Assembly (NCBI GenBank): GCA_020059745.1
Contig: JAGVBK010000004.1
Location: forward strand, 306,511-370,510
Length of the DNA: 64,000 nucleotides
Origin: Candidatus Shapirobacteria bacterium
GTDB lineage: Bacteria > Patescibacteriota > Microgenomatia > UM-FILTER-40-11
Direction of reading: 5' to 3'
Below the pieces are notes generated by a model that worked only from the letters and a program-made list of their open reading frames with translations, had not been told where the DNA came from and did no database searches. Shown here one piece after another: positions 45,538 through 54,488 of the stretch. The translations under genes and the position numbers were made by a program. Each line of letters begins with the position of its first letter. The first letter of the stretch is position 1.

Positions 45538-46752
45538 ATGTTTTTTAAAAAATTTTTTGCTTTAATTGTCACCCTTTCACTTCTCTTTAGCGCTTTTACC
45601 CCCGCAGTTTTTGCAGCCACAGAGACCGAGATTTCCGGTAACGGCAGTTTTTCAACAAATACTGTTGATATCGTGGAAAGCGAAAACAAAGTGGTGGTTC
45701 AGAATAATGACGCTGTTATTGAAAACATCATTAATTCGGAAGCGATTTCAGGGAAAAATAATGTTGGTGACAACACCGGAGGGGATGTTTCCCTTTTTAC
45801 CGGTAACGCAATTACCAGTGTTGAGGTGAGTAACTTGGCAAATCTAAACCAGGCTTCAATTGAAGACTGTGACGGTTGCCCGAGTGATGAAACGGCAAAA
45901 ATTTCCGGTAACGGTTCAATGTCTGACAATGATATAACTAAGTTTTCATGCACGGATATCGCTGTTTTCCAAGACAATTTTGCCGATTTTAACAATGATG
46001 TGAATGCTAAGGCTGTATCCGGCTATAACGATGCCAACGGAAATACCGGCGGCGATGTTACGGTTAGCACTGGAGCTGCGGGAGCGAGTATCGTAATTGA
46101 TAACACGGCCAATGCAAATATTGCCACCGTTGGAGGTGATGAAAACGGCGAGGAAACAGGGGCTGTTGAGGCGACTATCGCCGGTAACGGTTCCTATAGC
46201 CTTAATAACATCAGCCTTTTTGAAAATAGGCTTGTTTCAATTGTTCAGGAAAACCTCGCTTTGATAACAAATCAGGCCAATGCCGAGGCTGTTTCCGGTA
46301 AAAACGACGTTTTTGACAACACTGGCGGCAGCGTTTTTGTAGACACTGGCACAGCGCTTGCTGATGTTGAAATCAACAATTTGGCTAACTTTAATTGGGC
46401 CGATGTTGAGTGTTGTCTTACCCAGGAAGCAACCGAAATTTCAGGAAACGGTTCTGTTTCCAGCAATAACGTTTTCTTAGATGAAATCGATTCCTTGTTT
46501 CTTTTTCAGAATGAAGGAGAGAATGAGGGAGGCTGGCTTCAGTTTAGCAACTGGGTAGATGCTTATCCGAAAAGCGGTTATAACGATGCTTTTCGTAACA
46601 CAGGTTCAGTACAATCAGACCCCACCTTATTTACCGGCATGGCAGTGTCAGAAGTTGATGTGGAAAACACCGGAGGATTAAATGTCTTTGGCGATTTTCC
46701 GGAACTTGATTTTGAGTTTAACCTAGGACAGGTGTGGGGGCTGCTTTTTTAA
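45538..46752 (+). CDS. Secreted repeat protein, ~4 repeats of ~90 aa
   Basis: Signal peptide, then repeats each containing ISGNGS…N…(V/I)SG(K/Y)N(D/N)…NTGG(D/S)V…TG.A…V.N.AN.N. Paralogous to the next gene. Confidence 0.5.
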   Translation: MFFKKFFALIVTLSLLFSAFTPAVFAATETEISGNGSFSTNTVDIVESENKVVVQNNDAVIENIINSEAISGKNNVGDNTGGDVSLFTGNAITSVEVSNLANLNQASIEDCDGCPSDETAKISGNGSMSDNDITKFSCTDIAVFQDNFADFNNDVNAKAVSGYNDANGNTGGDVTVSTGAAGASIVIDNTANANIATVGGDENGEETGAVEATIAGNGSYSLNNISLFENRLVSIVQENLALITNQANAEAVSGKNDVFDNTGGSVFVDTGTALADVEINNLANFNWADVECCLTQEATEISGNGSVSSNNVFLDEIDSLFLFQNEGENEGGWLQFSNWVDAYPKSGYNDAFRNTGSVQSDPTLFTGMAVSEVDVENTGGLNVFGDFPELDFEFNLGQVWGLLF

Positions 46753-46777
46753 ATAAAAGAACCTAACTTGGGAAGTA

Positions 46778-46809
46778 GGGAGGTTCACTAGCACTTCGGT
46801 GAACCCCCT
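46778..46809. other. Strong RNA hairpin between two paralogous repeat-protein genes
   Basis: GGGAGGTTCAC-N10-GTGAACCCCCT: an 11-bp stem (one A·C mismatch, one G·U) with a 10-nt loop. No adjacent U-tract on the + strand. Confidence 0.5.
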
Positions 46810-46833
46810 ACAAACCAAGAAAAAAATAAAAAA

Positions 46834-49017
46834 ATGGAAAAAGAAATGAGAAGATTAAAAAAAATAATATCAATAATAGTAGTAGCTTTGTTTCTTTTTG
46901 CCCGGGCAGTTCCGGTTTTGGGTTATGAAGTGCCGGAAGCTCCTAGCGCTCCTTCGGCGCCAACTTCACCTTCAGTTCCCGAAGCGCCTTCGGCTCCTAC
47001 CTTGGAAGAAGCGTTAAGCCCGGAAACGACTCAAGCCGAGGAGACAGAGAGCCCAAGCCCAGAAGCCCAGGCACCGGAAAGTAGCAGCGAAACAAACGAA
47101 ACAGAGCCGAGTGTAACCCAAACACCAGATTCTCAGCCAACACTTACTCCTACTGAAACAAGCCAAGCCTTACCTGTCGGCCAAGAAGGCGAGGCGGAAA
47201 TTATTACCGGAGACGCTACAAATACTGCAAACCTTTTTACCCAGGCGAACACAAACACGAATATAAGCTCTGATGAAGAAAGCAGTGGAGCTAATTCTGA
47301 AAACAGCGGCAATGGTTCAGATTCCCAAAACCAAAGCCTAATTTCTTTAGAAAGCGAAAGTTCAAACTTTCAGGAAAACAGTAGCGAGATGGGAAATTTG
47401 CTTGAGCTTTCCACGGAAACAGGAAGTAATTCTGCTTCTCAAAATCTTGGCGACTCGGAAATTTTTTCCGGAGACGCGAATACAGGGGCAACTGTAATTA
47501 CGGCTGCTAATACTAACATTGACGGTGTTGCTATGGCGGAGTTTAATGTTACAGATGACCATGTGGGGGATATTGTTTTGGATTTTGAAAGTGCCGCACC
47601 GGTTTCATACAATGATGCCAACACTTTTAACCAGGGTAACGGAGCAGGGTCAGTTAATGAGGCCCAAATTGCCACTTTTGAACAAGATGCTTCCTTTCAG
47701 GAAAATAACGCTGACTTAGAAAATAATCTTTATCTTTCTTCAGATAGCGGTAACAACAACACAAGTCTTAATACTGGCGGCGATTCAGAAATTAATACCG
47801 GAGATGCTAATGTAGCGGCAAATGTAGTTTCCTTTCTAAACAACAATATCGCCGGAAATGTGGTTTTAGGGGTGGTTAATATTTTCGGGAATTTGGTTGG
47901 CGACATCATTCTTCCTGAAGGAGCTTTTGAAAGCGCTTCTTTGGCTTCTTCAGCTCAAAATACAGGGAACGGCTCAGGTTCAGAAAATGAAGTTAAGTTA
48001 AATAGTAGTTCAAATTCTGAAACAAGCCAGGCAAACCAGGCCGAGATTGAAAATAACCTTAAGCTAAAAGCCAATACCGGCAGCAACGAAGCGGCCAGGA
48101 ACACTGGCGGCGAGACAGAAGTGATTACCGGGGACGCCAACATCGAAACAAGGACAGTCAATGTAGCCAATTCAAACATTGAATGCGGCAACCTTTGGCT
48201 GGTAATAATAAATGAGGCAGGAAATTGGATTGGCCGCATTGTCGGCACTTCCGGGAATGCCAATGTTGCCGGGTCAGAAGAAATGGATATTACGGTTGAT
48301 GAAAAGGGTAATGTTTCTGTCCAAAACAGCGATAATGGTGCCGGATCAAATAATAATAGCGAGGTTGCCAGTGAAGAAAATAGTCAAACCGAACAAAAAA
48401 ATGAAGCAAAAATTGTCAATAATCTCAATCTTGAGGCCAATACCGGCGGTAACAAAGCCAACGACAATACCGGAGGAGATTCAACCATAAGAACAGGCGA
48501 TGCCAATATTATTGCCAATATTATTAACTTTGTAAACAACAACATCAGCTCAAACGGAAAAATACTAGTGACAGTGATTAATGTTTTTGGCGATTGGGTG
48601 GGCAACTTCCTGCCACCGGGGGCAGGACCGGAGGGTGGCGAGGAACCGGTTGGCGGCCAGGACAATGAAGATGAAGTTGCAGAGGAAGAAAATAGTGAGG
48701 AAACTGAAACAAACGAGGATTACGATTATGATTATTCCTGGAACTGGGAGGACTATTACCTAAATGAAGAAAGAGCAGAGGAAGTTTCCTATTACAGGGA
48801 AAATGCCTATCTTGGCTACCAGTCAAGCGGAAAAGTTGCCGGAAGCTCAAACCAAACAGAGGAGGAAAGCAATGAGGATGACAGTTTCCTCTCTGTGGAA
48901 GCGATTACTGATAACAGTGTGCCGAAAAACAAGATTAAAGTTAATCTTGCCTGGCTTACTTTAACCTTGCCTTTACTTGGACTAACTGTTCTTGTTAGAA
49001 GATTAATGAGAAGATAG
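46834..49017 (+). CDS. Cell-surface repeat protein: signal peptide, PEAPSAP linker, >=6 'TGDAN' repeats, acidic segment, C-terminal TM anchor
   Basis: Repeats of the form (I/V)xTGDANxxANxxNxxN(S/N)NI…V(I/L)NxxGNWxG…, a D/E/Y-rich segment (EDYDYDYSWNWEDYY), and a terminal LAWLTLTLPLLGLTVLVRRLMRR anchor. 727 aa. Confidence 0.5.
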   Translation: MEKEMRRLKKIISIIVVALFLFARAVPVLGYEVPEAPSAPSAPTSPSVPEAPSAPTLEEALSPETTQAEETESPSPEAQAPESSSETNETEPSVTQTPDSQPTLTPTETSQALPVGQEGEAEIITGDATNTANLFTQANTNTNISSDEESSGANSENSGNGSDSQNQSLISLESESSNFQENSSEMGNLLELSTETGSNSASQNLGDSEIFSGDANTGATVITAANTNIDGVAMAEFNVTDDHVGDIVLDFESAAPVSYNDANTFNQGNGAGSVNEAQIATFEQDASFQENNADLENNLYLSSDSGNNNTSLNTGGDSEINTGDANVAANVVSFLNNNIAGNVVLGVVNIFGNLVGDIILPEGAFESASLASSAQNTGNGSGSENEVKLNSSSNSETSQANQAEIENNLKLKANTGSNEAARNTGGETEVITGDANIETRTVNVANSNIECGNLWLVIINEAGNWIGRIVGTSGNANVAGSEEMDITVDEKGNVSVQNSDNGAGSNNNSEVASEENSQTEQKNEAKIVNNLNLEANTGGNKANDNTGGDSTIRTGDANIIANIINFVNNNISSNGKILVTVINVFGDWVGNFLPPGAGPEGGEEPVGGQDNEDEVAEEENSEETETNEDYDYDYSWNWEDYYLNEERAEEVSYYRENAYLGYQSSGKVAGSSNQTEEESNEDDSFLSVEAITDNSVPKNKIKVNLAWLTLTLPLLGLTVLVRRLMRR

Positions 49018-49022
49018 AAAAA

Positions 49023-49307
49023 TTATCTTCTGCTTCTTCGCCTAGCTCTTTCAGCTCTGGCTACTTCTCCGGCAATGTCCAGCTCTTTGGGGTGTTCGCC
49101 GTCAACATCAAGGTAAAGTCCCCACTCCTGCTCGCTTTTCAAGGTATCGTCGTCTGACTCAGGATTGGGCATGCTTCCGCTTATTGTTTCCTCGTCATAA
49201 TACTCAGGAAAGCTGGTCATGGTTTCAAACTCTTCTTCAGAGAGACGGGTACTTTCGATTCTGACAACACTGGAATTTTTAAACCTATTTGAATCTTTGT
49301 TTGCCAT
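49023..49307 (-). CDS. Hypothetical small acidic protein
   Basis: 94 aa ORF with a C-terminal RRRSRR tail. Confidence 0.3.
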   Translation of the reverse strand: MANKDSNRFKNSSVVRIESTRLSEEEFETMTSFPEYYDEETISGSMPNPESDDDTLKSEQEWGLYLDVDGEHPKELDIAGEVARAERARRRSRR

Positions 49308-49310
49308 TTT

Positions 49311-49601
49311 TTACTCGCTTTTTCTGGCCACGAATTTGTTAAAACGGCTTTCTTCCCCTTCACGAGTTTTTTCCTGGTAAAGAAGAGCCAGATTCTTGTT
49401 TTCAAAGATTTTAAAAAATTCTTCCCAAGAGATATGTTCAAGGTTTTCTTTTGTTCCTAAAGGAGGAAAGTCAAACCTGAGGATGCCACCATTTTCTTCT
49501 CCAGTTCCTTTAACCATGGAGGGAATACCGCCTCTTTGTTCGGCCCATTTTCTTATTGTTTCGTGGTCAGCGGTAATTTTGCTTTCGCTCTCTTCTGCCA
49601 T
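49311..49601 (-). CDS. Hypothetical small protein
   Basis: 96-aa ORF, 3 bp from the downstream ORF. Coding-like. Confidence 0.35.
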   Translation of the reverse strand: MAEESESKITADHETIRKWAEQRGGIPSMVKGTGEENGGILRFDFPPLGTKENLEHISWEEFFKIFENKNLALLYQEKTREGEESRFNKFVARKSE

Positions 49602-49670
49602 AATTATCTATATTGATAATATTGGAGAGACTTTAAGAGTTTATATGAAGAAAGTAATAAAATCGTAAAT

Positions 49671-50234
49671 TCAGACTCTTTCAACGTATTGGCCCGTTTC
49701 CACATTTATTGAAACCGTGTCGCCTTCTTTTATGAACAAAGGAACCTGGAGACGATATCCGGTTTCAACTTCAACTTCTTTAGTGGCACCGGTGACTGTG
49801 TTGCCTTTTGCTCCGGCCTCTGAAGCCACCACCTTAAGCTTTACTTTTAGAGGCGGCCTTAAAGCAACTGCCTGATTTTCCAGGGTATAAACTTGGTAAG
49901 TTTCGCCCTCTTTCATTAAAGGAAGAAAGTTTCCTGCCATTTCTTTGGGTAAGGTTAATTGCTCGTAAGTTTGAGGGTTAATGAAAAAAAGCTCGCCGCT
50001 GTCTTTGTAAAGATACTGAAGCTCTTTGGTTTCCAAAGGCGCTTCCTCAAGCTTTTCTCCTGATTTAAAAGTAAAGTCAATAACATTGCCGGTTTTTAAG
50101 TTTTTAAGTTTTGTCCTAAAAAAAGCTGAACCTTTTCCTGGCGAAACAAAGGTTTTGTCAACCACAATATGGGGAGCATCGCGAAAAATAATGCATGTTC
50201 CTTTTTTTAAATCAGAAGTGGAAATTGTTGCCAT
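49671..50234 (-). CDS. efp: Elongation factor P
   Basis: 187 aa with the KOW-like N-terminus (…KPGKGSAFFRTKLKN…) carrying the modifiable Lys, and two OB domains. Confidence 0.9.
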   Translation of the reverse strand: MATISTSDLKKGTCIIFRDAPHIVVDKTFVSPGKGSAFFRTKLKNLKTGNVIDFTFKSGEKLEEAPLETKELQYLYKDSGELFFINPQTYEQLTLPKEMAGNFLPLMKEGETYQVYTLENQAVALRPPLKVKLKVVASEAGAKGNTVTGATKEVEVETGYRLQVPLFIKEGDTVSINVETGQYVERV

Positions 50235-50283
50235 ATTGGCATATTTTAAAACCGAAGCTTTTTTTTGTAAAGATAGAAAGAGG

Positions 50284-51297
50284 CTAAAGGCAAAAAGGAT
50301 TGGTTTCTCTTATGTCTTTTGAATCAGTAAAAAGCATAATTAGCCGGTCAATTCCGACGGCAATGCCCGAAGTTTCAGACATGCCTTCTTTTAAAGCCTC
50401 AATAAAATCCCTATCAGGTTCAAAGACCTTCATTTTTTTTCTTTTTCTTTCCTCAAGGTCACTTCTAAGCCTTTTTTCTTGTTCCTTCCAGTCAGTTAGT
50501 TCTGAATAACCATTGCCGAGCTCAATTCCGGCTAGGTAAAACTCCATTCTTTCCGCGTATTTTTTATCTTTTTCTTTTATCTTTGAAAGCGCCGCTAAGG
50601 GAGCTGGGTAATCATAAAGTATTAAAGCCGGGCTTTTCAGAAGCTCTTTTTCAACTTCATTTAAAAATATTTGGTGATAAAGCTCTTCCCAGCTTGAGTT
50701 TTCGGTAAGGTAGCCCTTTTTTTGGCAAATTTGCTCGGCCTTTTTTGGGTCTAAAAACTCATCAAGGTCAACTCCGGCATATTTTTTAAAAGCCTCTTTA
50801 CAGGAAATCCTAAGCCAAGGAGAATTAACATCAACTTCTTCTCCTTGGTAGAAAATTCTATCCTTTTTAAGCCCGTTTTTTATGAATCTGACTAAGTTTT
50901 CACAGTCATCCATGAGGTTTTTATAGTTTCCGCCGGTTCGGTACCATTCAAGAATGTTAAATTCTTTTAAATGAAGCGGATCTTGCTCGTTTTGGTCGCG
51001 GTAAGCTTTAGTGATTTGAAAGATGTTTTCAAATCCCGCTACCAGCATTTTTTTTAAAAGAAACTCGGGAGACGGAGTTAAAAAGATCCTTTGCTCTTGA
51101 TCTTTTATTTCATATACCTCATTAAAGGGACTTGGGTCAGGGGAAGTAACCAAAGTTGGAGAATCAACTTCCAAAAATCCCTCTTTATCAAAAAATTCTC
51201 TTATTAGCTTAAGAATTTTTGCTTTTGTATAAATTTTTTCCCTTAAAAGTGGATCGTTTTTTAATTTTTCCCAGATTGGCCTCATTTTTAATTGCAA
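50284..51297 (-). CDS. epmA: EF-P lysyl-transferase EpmA (PoxA/GenX; LysRS-like class II core without anticodon-binding domain)
   Basis: Class II aaRS motifs (…FLEVDSPTL…, FQITKAYRDQ…, GIAVGIDRLIM) in a 337-aa protein directly upstream of efp. Confidence 0.7.
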   Translation of the reverse strand: MQLKMRPIWEKLKNDPLLREKIYTKAKILKLIREFFDKEGFLEVDSPTLVTSPDPSPFNEVYEIKDQEQRIFLTPSPEFLLKKMLVAGFENIFQITKAYRDQNEQDPLHLKEFNILEWYRTGGNYKNLMDDCENLVRFIKNGLKKDRIFYQGEEVDVNSPWLRISCKEAFKKYAGVDLDEFLDPKKAEQICQKKGYLTENSSWEELYHQIFLNEVEKELLKSPALILYDYPAPLAALSKIKEKDKKYAERMEFYLAGIELGNGYSELTDWKEQEKRLRSDLEERKRKKMKVFEPDRDFIEALKEGMSETSGIAVGIDRLIMLFTDSKDIRETNPFCL

Positions 51298-51326
51298 TAT
51301 AGATTAGTTATTGATATGCTTTATAT

Positions 51327-51989
51327 ATGCGACAAGGTAATAAAACATTCTTGATTATATTACCTTTTTTAATCTTTGTCGCTGCTTCCGTTTTAGGTTT
51401 AAGTATAAGAAACTTTAATCTTGTGGAAAAATCCGGAGGTTGTGGCTGTGATTTTGAAAACACTACCGGAGAGTTTGTTGCTGAAAAAAAGGCATATTTT
51501 TTAAGTAAGGAGATAACTCCACCTTTGACTGCTTTTGCGGAGCCGGAGAAATCGGTTTTAGGCGAAAATTCAGGCGAAGAAAAATGGATTGAGGTTGACC
51601 TTTCTGAGCAAAAAATTATTGCCTGGGAAGGTGAAAATAAATTTCTGGAATCAGCTATTTCTTCAGGTAAATGGAACAGAACGCCAAAGGGCGTGTTTAA
51701 TATTTGGGCTAAGTTTAAATACACCAAAATGTCAGGGGGCAATAAAGAAGACAACACTTATTACTACTTGCCTAATGTCCCTTACACCATGTATTTTTAT
51801 AAAGGGTTTGGTTTGCACGGAACTTATTGGCACGATAATTTCGGTGAACCCATGTCCCACGGTTGTGTGAATTTGCCCACCCTGGTTGCAGAAAAGCTTT
51901 TTTACTGGACAACACCGGTTTTGCCGACAGGTAAAAAATCAGTATTTGCAGAAAGTAATTCAGGAACCAGAGTAGTCGTCCACGATTAG
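51327..51989 (+). CDS. L,D-transpeptidase (YkuD-family)
   Basis: Catalytic motif HGTYWHDNFGEPMSHGCVNL (His…Ser-His-Gly-Cys). TM anchor. Confidence 0.75.
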   Translation: MRQGNKTFLIILPFLIFVAASVLGLSIRNFNLVEKSGGCGCDFENTTGEFVAEKKAYFLSKEITPPLTAFAEPEKSVLGENSGEEKWIEVDLSEQKIIAWEGENKFLESAISSGKWNRTPKGVFNIWAKFKYTKMSGGNKEDNTYYYLPNVPYTMYFYKGFGLHGTYWHDNFGEPMSHGCVNLPTLVAEKLFYWTTPVLPTGKKSVFAESNSGTRVVVHD

Positions 51990-52118
51990 CCAAATTTTAG
52001 TAAAAATTCTTTCATTTTTTACATAGATATTACATTTTTTTGAGCTTGTGGCGGTTGACTTTTAGCAATCTACATGCTAAACTGCCAATATAATTTAAAT
52101 TAAAAGGAGACTTAAGAA

Positions 52119-54488
52119 ATGTCACTTTTGACCAATGAAGAAGTAAACAATGGAACATTGACCGTACCTCTAGTTGCCCTTCGGGATGTTGTTATTTTTC
52201 CTCATACAGAAACTCCTCTGACCTTCGGCAGGATAAAGTCAAACGCCGCCATTTCTGCCGCTTTTAAAAATAATAAGAAAATTGCCTTTGTTTGCCAAAG
52301 AAATTCCCGCACGGAGGTGCCGGGAGAAAAAGATTTTTATTCAGTCGGCACCCTGGCTTCAATTGATCACCTGATTGAAAGCAATGGCAATATCCATGCT
52401 TTAGTCAGAGGTATTTCCAGGGTAAGAATTGAAAATGTTGTCCAAAACGAACCCTATTTTTTAGCTGAAGTTCGGGAAGACAAAGAAACTGTGGTTGAAA
52501 ACGATGAGCTTAGGGCTATGGTTAAGCACGTTACGGACCAAATTCAGAGAATCTTCAACTTGGGTAAAGCTATTGATGTGATGGTACTTATGAAACTTCT
52601 TTCCGGCGTTTCTTATGAAGAGCTTTCAAACCAGGTTGCCTCAATTTTGGATTTAAAACCCCACGACAAACAGCTGCTCTTGGAAATTCCTTTAATAAAC
52701 GAAAGACTGGAAAGAGTGGCGGAAAGGCTTTCCTACGAGATAAAAATACTTGAGCTTGAAAAATCAATTGCCAACAAAACCCAAGCTAAATTTGACAAAG
52801 GAATGAGAGAGGCGGTCTTAAGGGAAAGGAAAAAAACAATTGAAAAGGAATTGGGAGAACTGGGAGCAGAAGACGAAGAGGAAAAGGACATTCTGGACCT
52901 TAAGGAAAAAATTGAAAAAGCAAAGATGACGGCCGCGGCATACAAAAAAGCGACGGAGGAGCTTAATCGCTTAAGAAAAATGTCTGCCAATAATCCGGAA
53001 ATGGGTTACATTAAAACCTATCTTGACTGGTTGGTTTCCCTTCCTTGGTCAAACGAAAGCTCAAGCGAAGTTAGCCTAAAGAGAGCCCAAAAGGTCTTAG
53101 ATGAAGACCATTACGGTCTTGAGAAGATAAAAGAAAGAATTCTTGAATACCTTGCGGTTATGAAGCTTAAAAATGAGAGTGAAGGCAAGAAAGATGTTGA
53201 AGGCAGCGGTCCGACTATCCTTTGCTTTATCGGCCCTCCTGGAGTTGGAAAGACTTCGCTGGGAAAGTCCATTGCCAAAGCTTTGGGGCGGAAGTTTGTT
53301 AGGGTTTCTTTAGGAGGGATCAGGGATGAAGCAGAGATAAGAGGCCACCGCCGGACCTATGTTGGCGCTTTGCCGGGAAGGATTATTCAGGGAATTAAAA
53401 ATGCCGGTACCAATAACCCCGTTTTTATGCTTGATGAAATTGATAAAATCGGCATTGATTTTAGAGGCGATCCATCTTCAGCCTTGCTTGAAGCTTTGGA
53501 TCCTGAGCAAAATAGAGAATTTTCCGATCATTATCTGGAAGTTCCCTTTGACTTATCTAAAGTCTTTTTTGTCGCCACCGGCAATATGTTGGAAACAATT
53601 CCGCCGGCCTTAAGGGATAGGATGGAAGTTATTCGTTTCCCGGGCTACACTGAAGAGGAAAAGTATAATATTGCCAAAAACTATCTTTGGCCAAAACAGC
53701 TTAAAAGCAATGGTCTTGAAAACAAAGATCTGGTTCTTTCTGACGAGGCTTTAAGGGAAATAATTCAAAGCTACACGCGTGAGGCGGGAGTAAGAAATTT
53801 GGAAAGAAATCTTGCTTCAGTTTGCCGTAAGATTGCCAAAAGGATTGCTGAAGGGAAAATCATTGAGAAAGAAATTACTGTTTCCCGGATAAGGAGATTT
53901 TTGGGGCCGGAGAGAATTCTGAAAACCGCTCTTGAAGAAAAAGATACCGTTGGGATGTCAACCGGCTTGGCTTGGACAGAGGCGGGCGGAGAAGTGCTTT
54001 TTGTGGAGGTGGCGCTAATGCCGGGCAAGGGGCAGCTTTTGCTCACCGGCCAGCTTGGAGATGTAATGAAAGAATCTTGCCAGGCAGCCATGACTTTTAC
54101 TAAAAGTCATGTGAAGGAATTGGGTATTAACGAAAAAGCGGTTAAGAATGTTGATGTGCATATTCATGTCCCCGAGGGTGCTGTGCCTAAAGACGGACCT
54201 TCCGCCGGAGTGGCCATGGCAACTGCTCTTGTTTCTGCAGTTACCGGAAAACCAGCCAAAAAAGATGTAGCTATGACTGGTGAAATTACCCTAAGAGGGA
54301 GGGTTTTAGAAATCGGCGGAGTAAAAGAAAAAATTCTGGCAGCAAGAAGGGCTGGGATAAAAACTGTTGTTCTGCCTAAAAACAACAGGAAAGACCTTCA
54401 GGAAATTCCGGCTGCAGTTAAGAAGGATTTGAATATTGTCTTTGTCGACAATCTGTTTGATGCCTTTAAACACACCATTAAGCATTAA
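52119..54488 (+). CDS. lon: ATP-dependent Lon protease
   Basis: N-terminal LAN domain, AAA+ Walker A GPPGVGKTS, and a protease Ser-Lys dyad context (DGPSAG … K). 789 aa. Confidence 0.9.
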   Translation: MSLLTNEEVNNGTLTVPLVALRDVVIFPHTETPLTFGRIKSNAAISAAFKNNKKIAFVCQRNSRTEVPGEKDFYSVGTLASIDHLIESNGNIHALVRGISRVRIENVVQNEPYFLAEVREDKETVVENDELRAMVKHVTDQIQRIFNLGKAIDVMVLMKLLSGVSYEELSNQVASILDLKPHDKQLLLEIPLINERLERVAERLSYEIKILELEKSIANKTQAKFDKGMREAVLRERKKTIEKELGELGAEDEEEKDILDLKEKIEKAKMTAAAYKKATEELNRLRKMSANNPEMGYIKTYLDWLVSLPWSNESSSEVSLKRAQKVLDEDHYGLEKIKERILEYLAVMKLKNESEGKKDVEGSGPTILCFIGPPGVGKTSLGKSIAKALGRKFVRVSLGGIRDEAEIRGHRRTYVGALPGRIIQGIKNAGTNNPVFMLDEIDKIGIDFRGDPSSALLEALDPEQNREFSDHYLEVPFDLSKVFFVATGNMLETIPPALRDRMEVIRFPGYTEEEKYNIAKNYLWPKQLKSNGLENKDLVLSDEALREIIQSYTREAGVRNLERNLASVCRKIAKRIAEGKIIEKEITVSRIRRFLGPERILKTALEEKDTVGMSTGLAWTEAGGEVLFVEVALMPGKGQLLLTGQLGDVMKESCQAAMTFTKSHVKELGINEKAVKNVDVHIHVPEGAVPKDGPSAGVAMATALVSAVTGKPAKKDVAMTGEITLRGRVLEIGGVKEKILAARRAGIKTVVLPKNNRKDLQEIPAAVKKDLNIVFVDNLFDAFKHTIKH

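Noticed and set aside
47291-48964. Multiple 60-100-aa ORFs on both strands inside the 727-aa repeat-protein gene
   Set aside because: They arise from the repetitive, compositionally biased DNA of the repeat gene. They have no start context and translate to low-complexity Pro/Ser/Leu-rich sequences.
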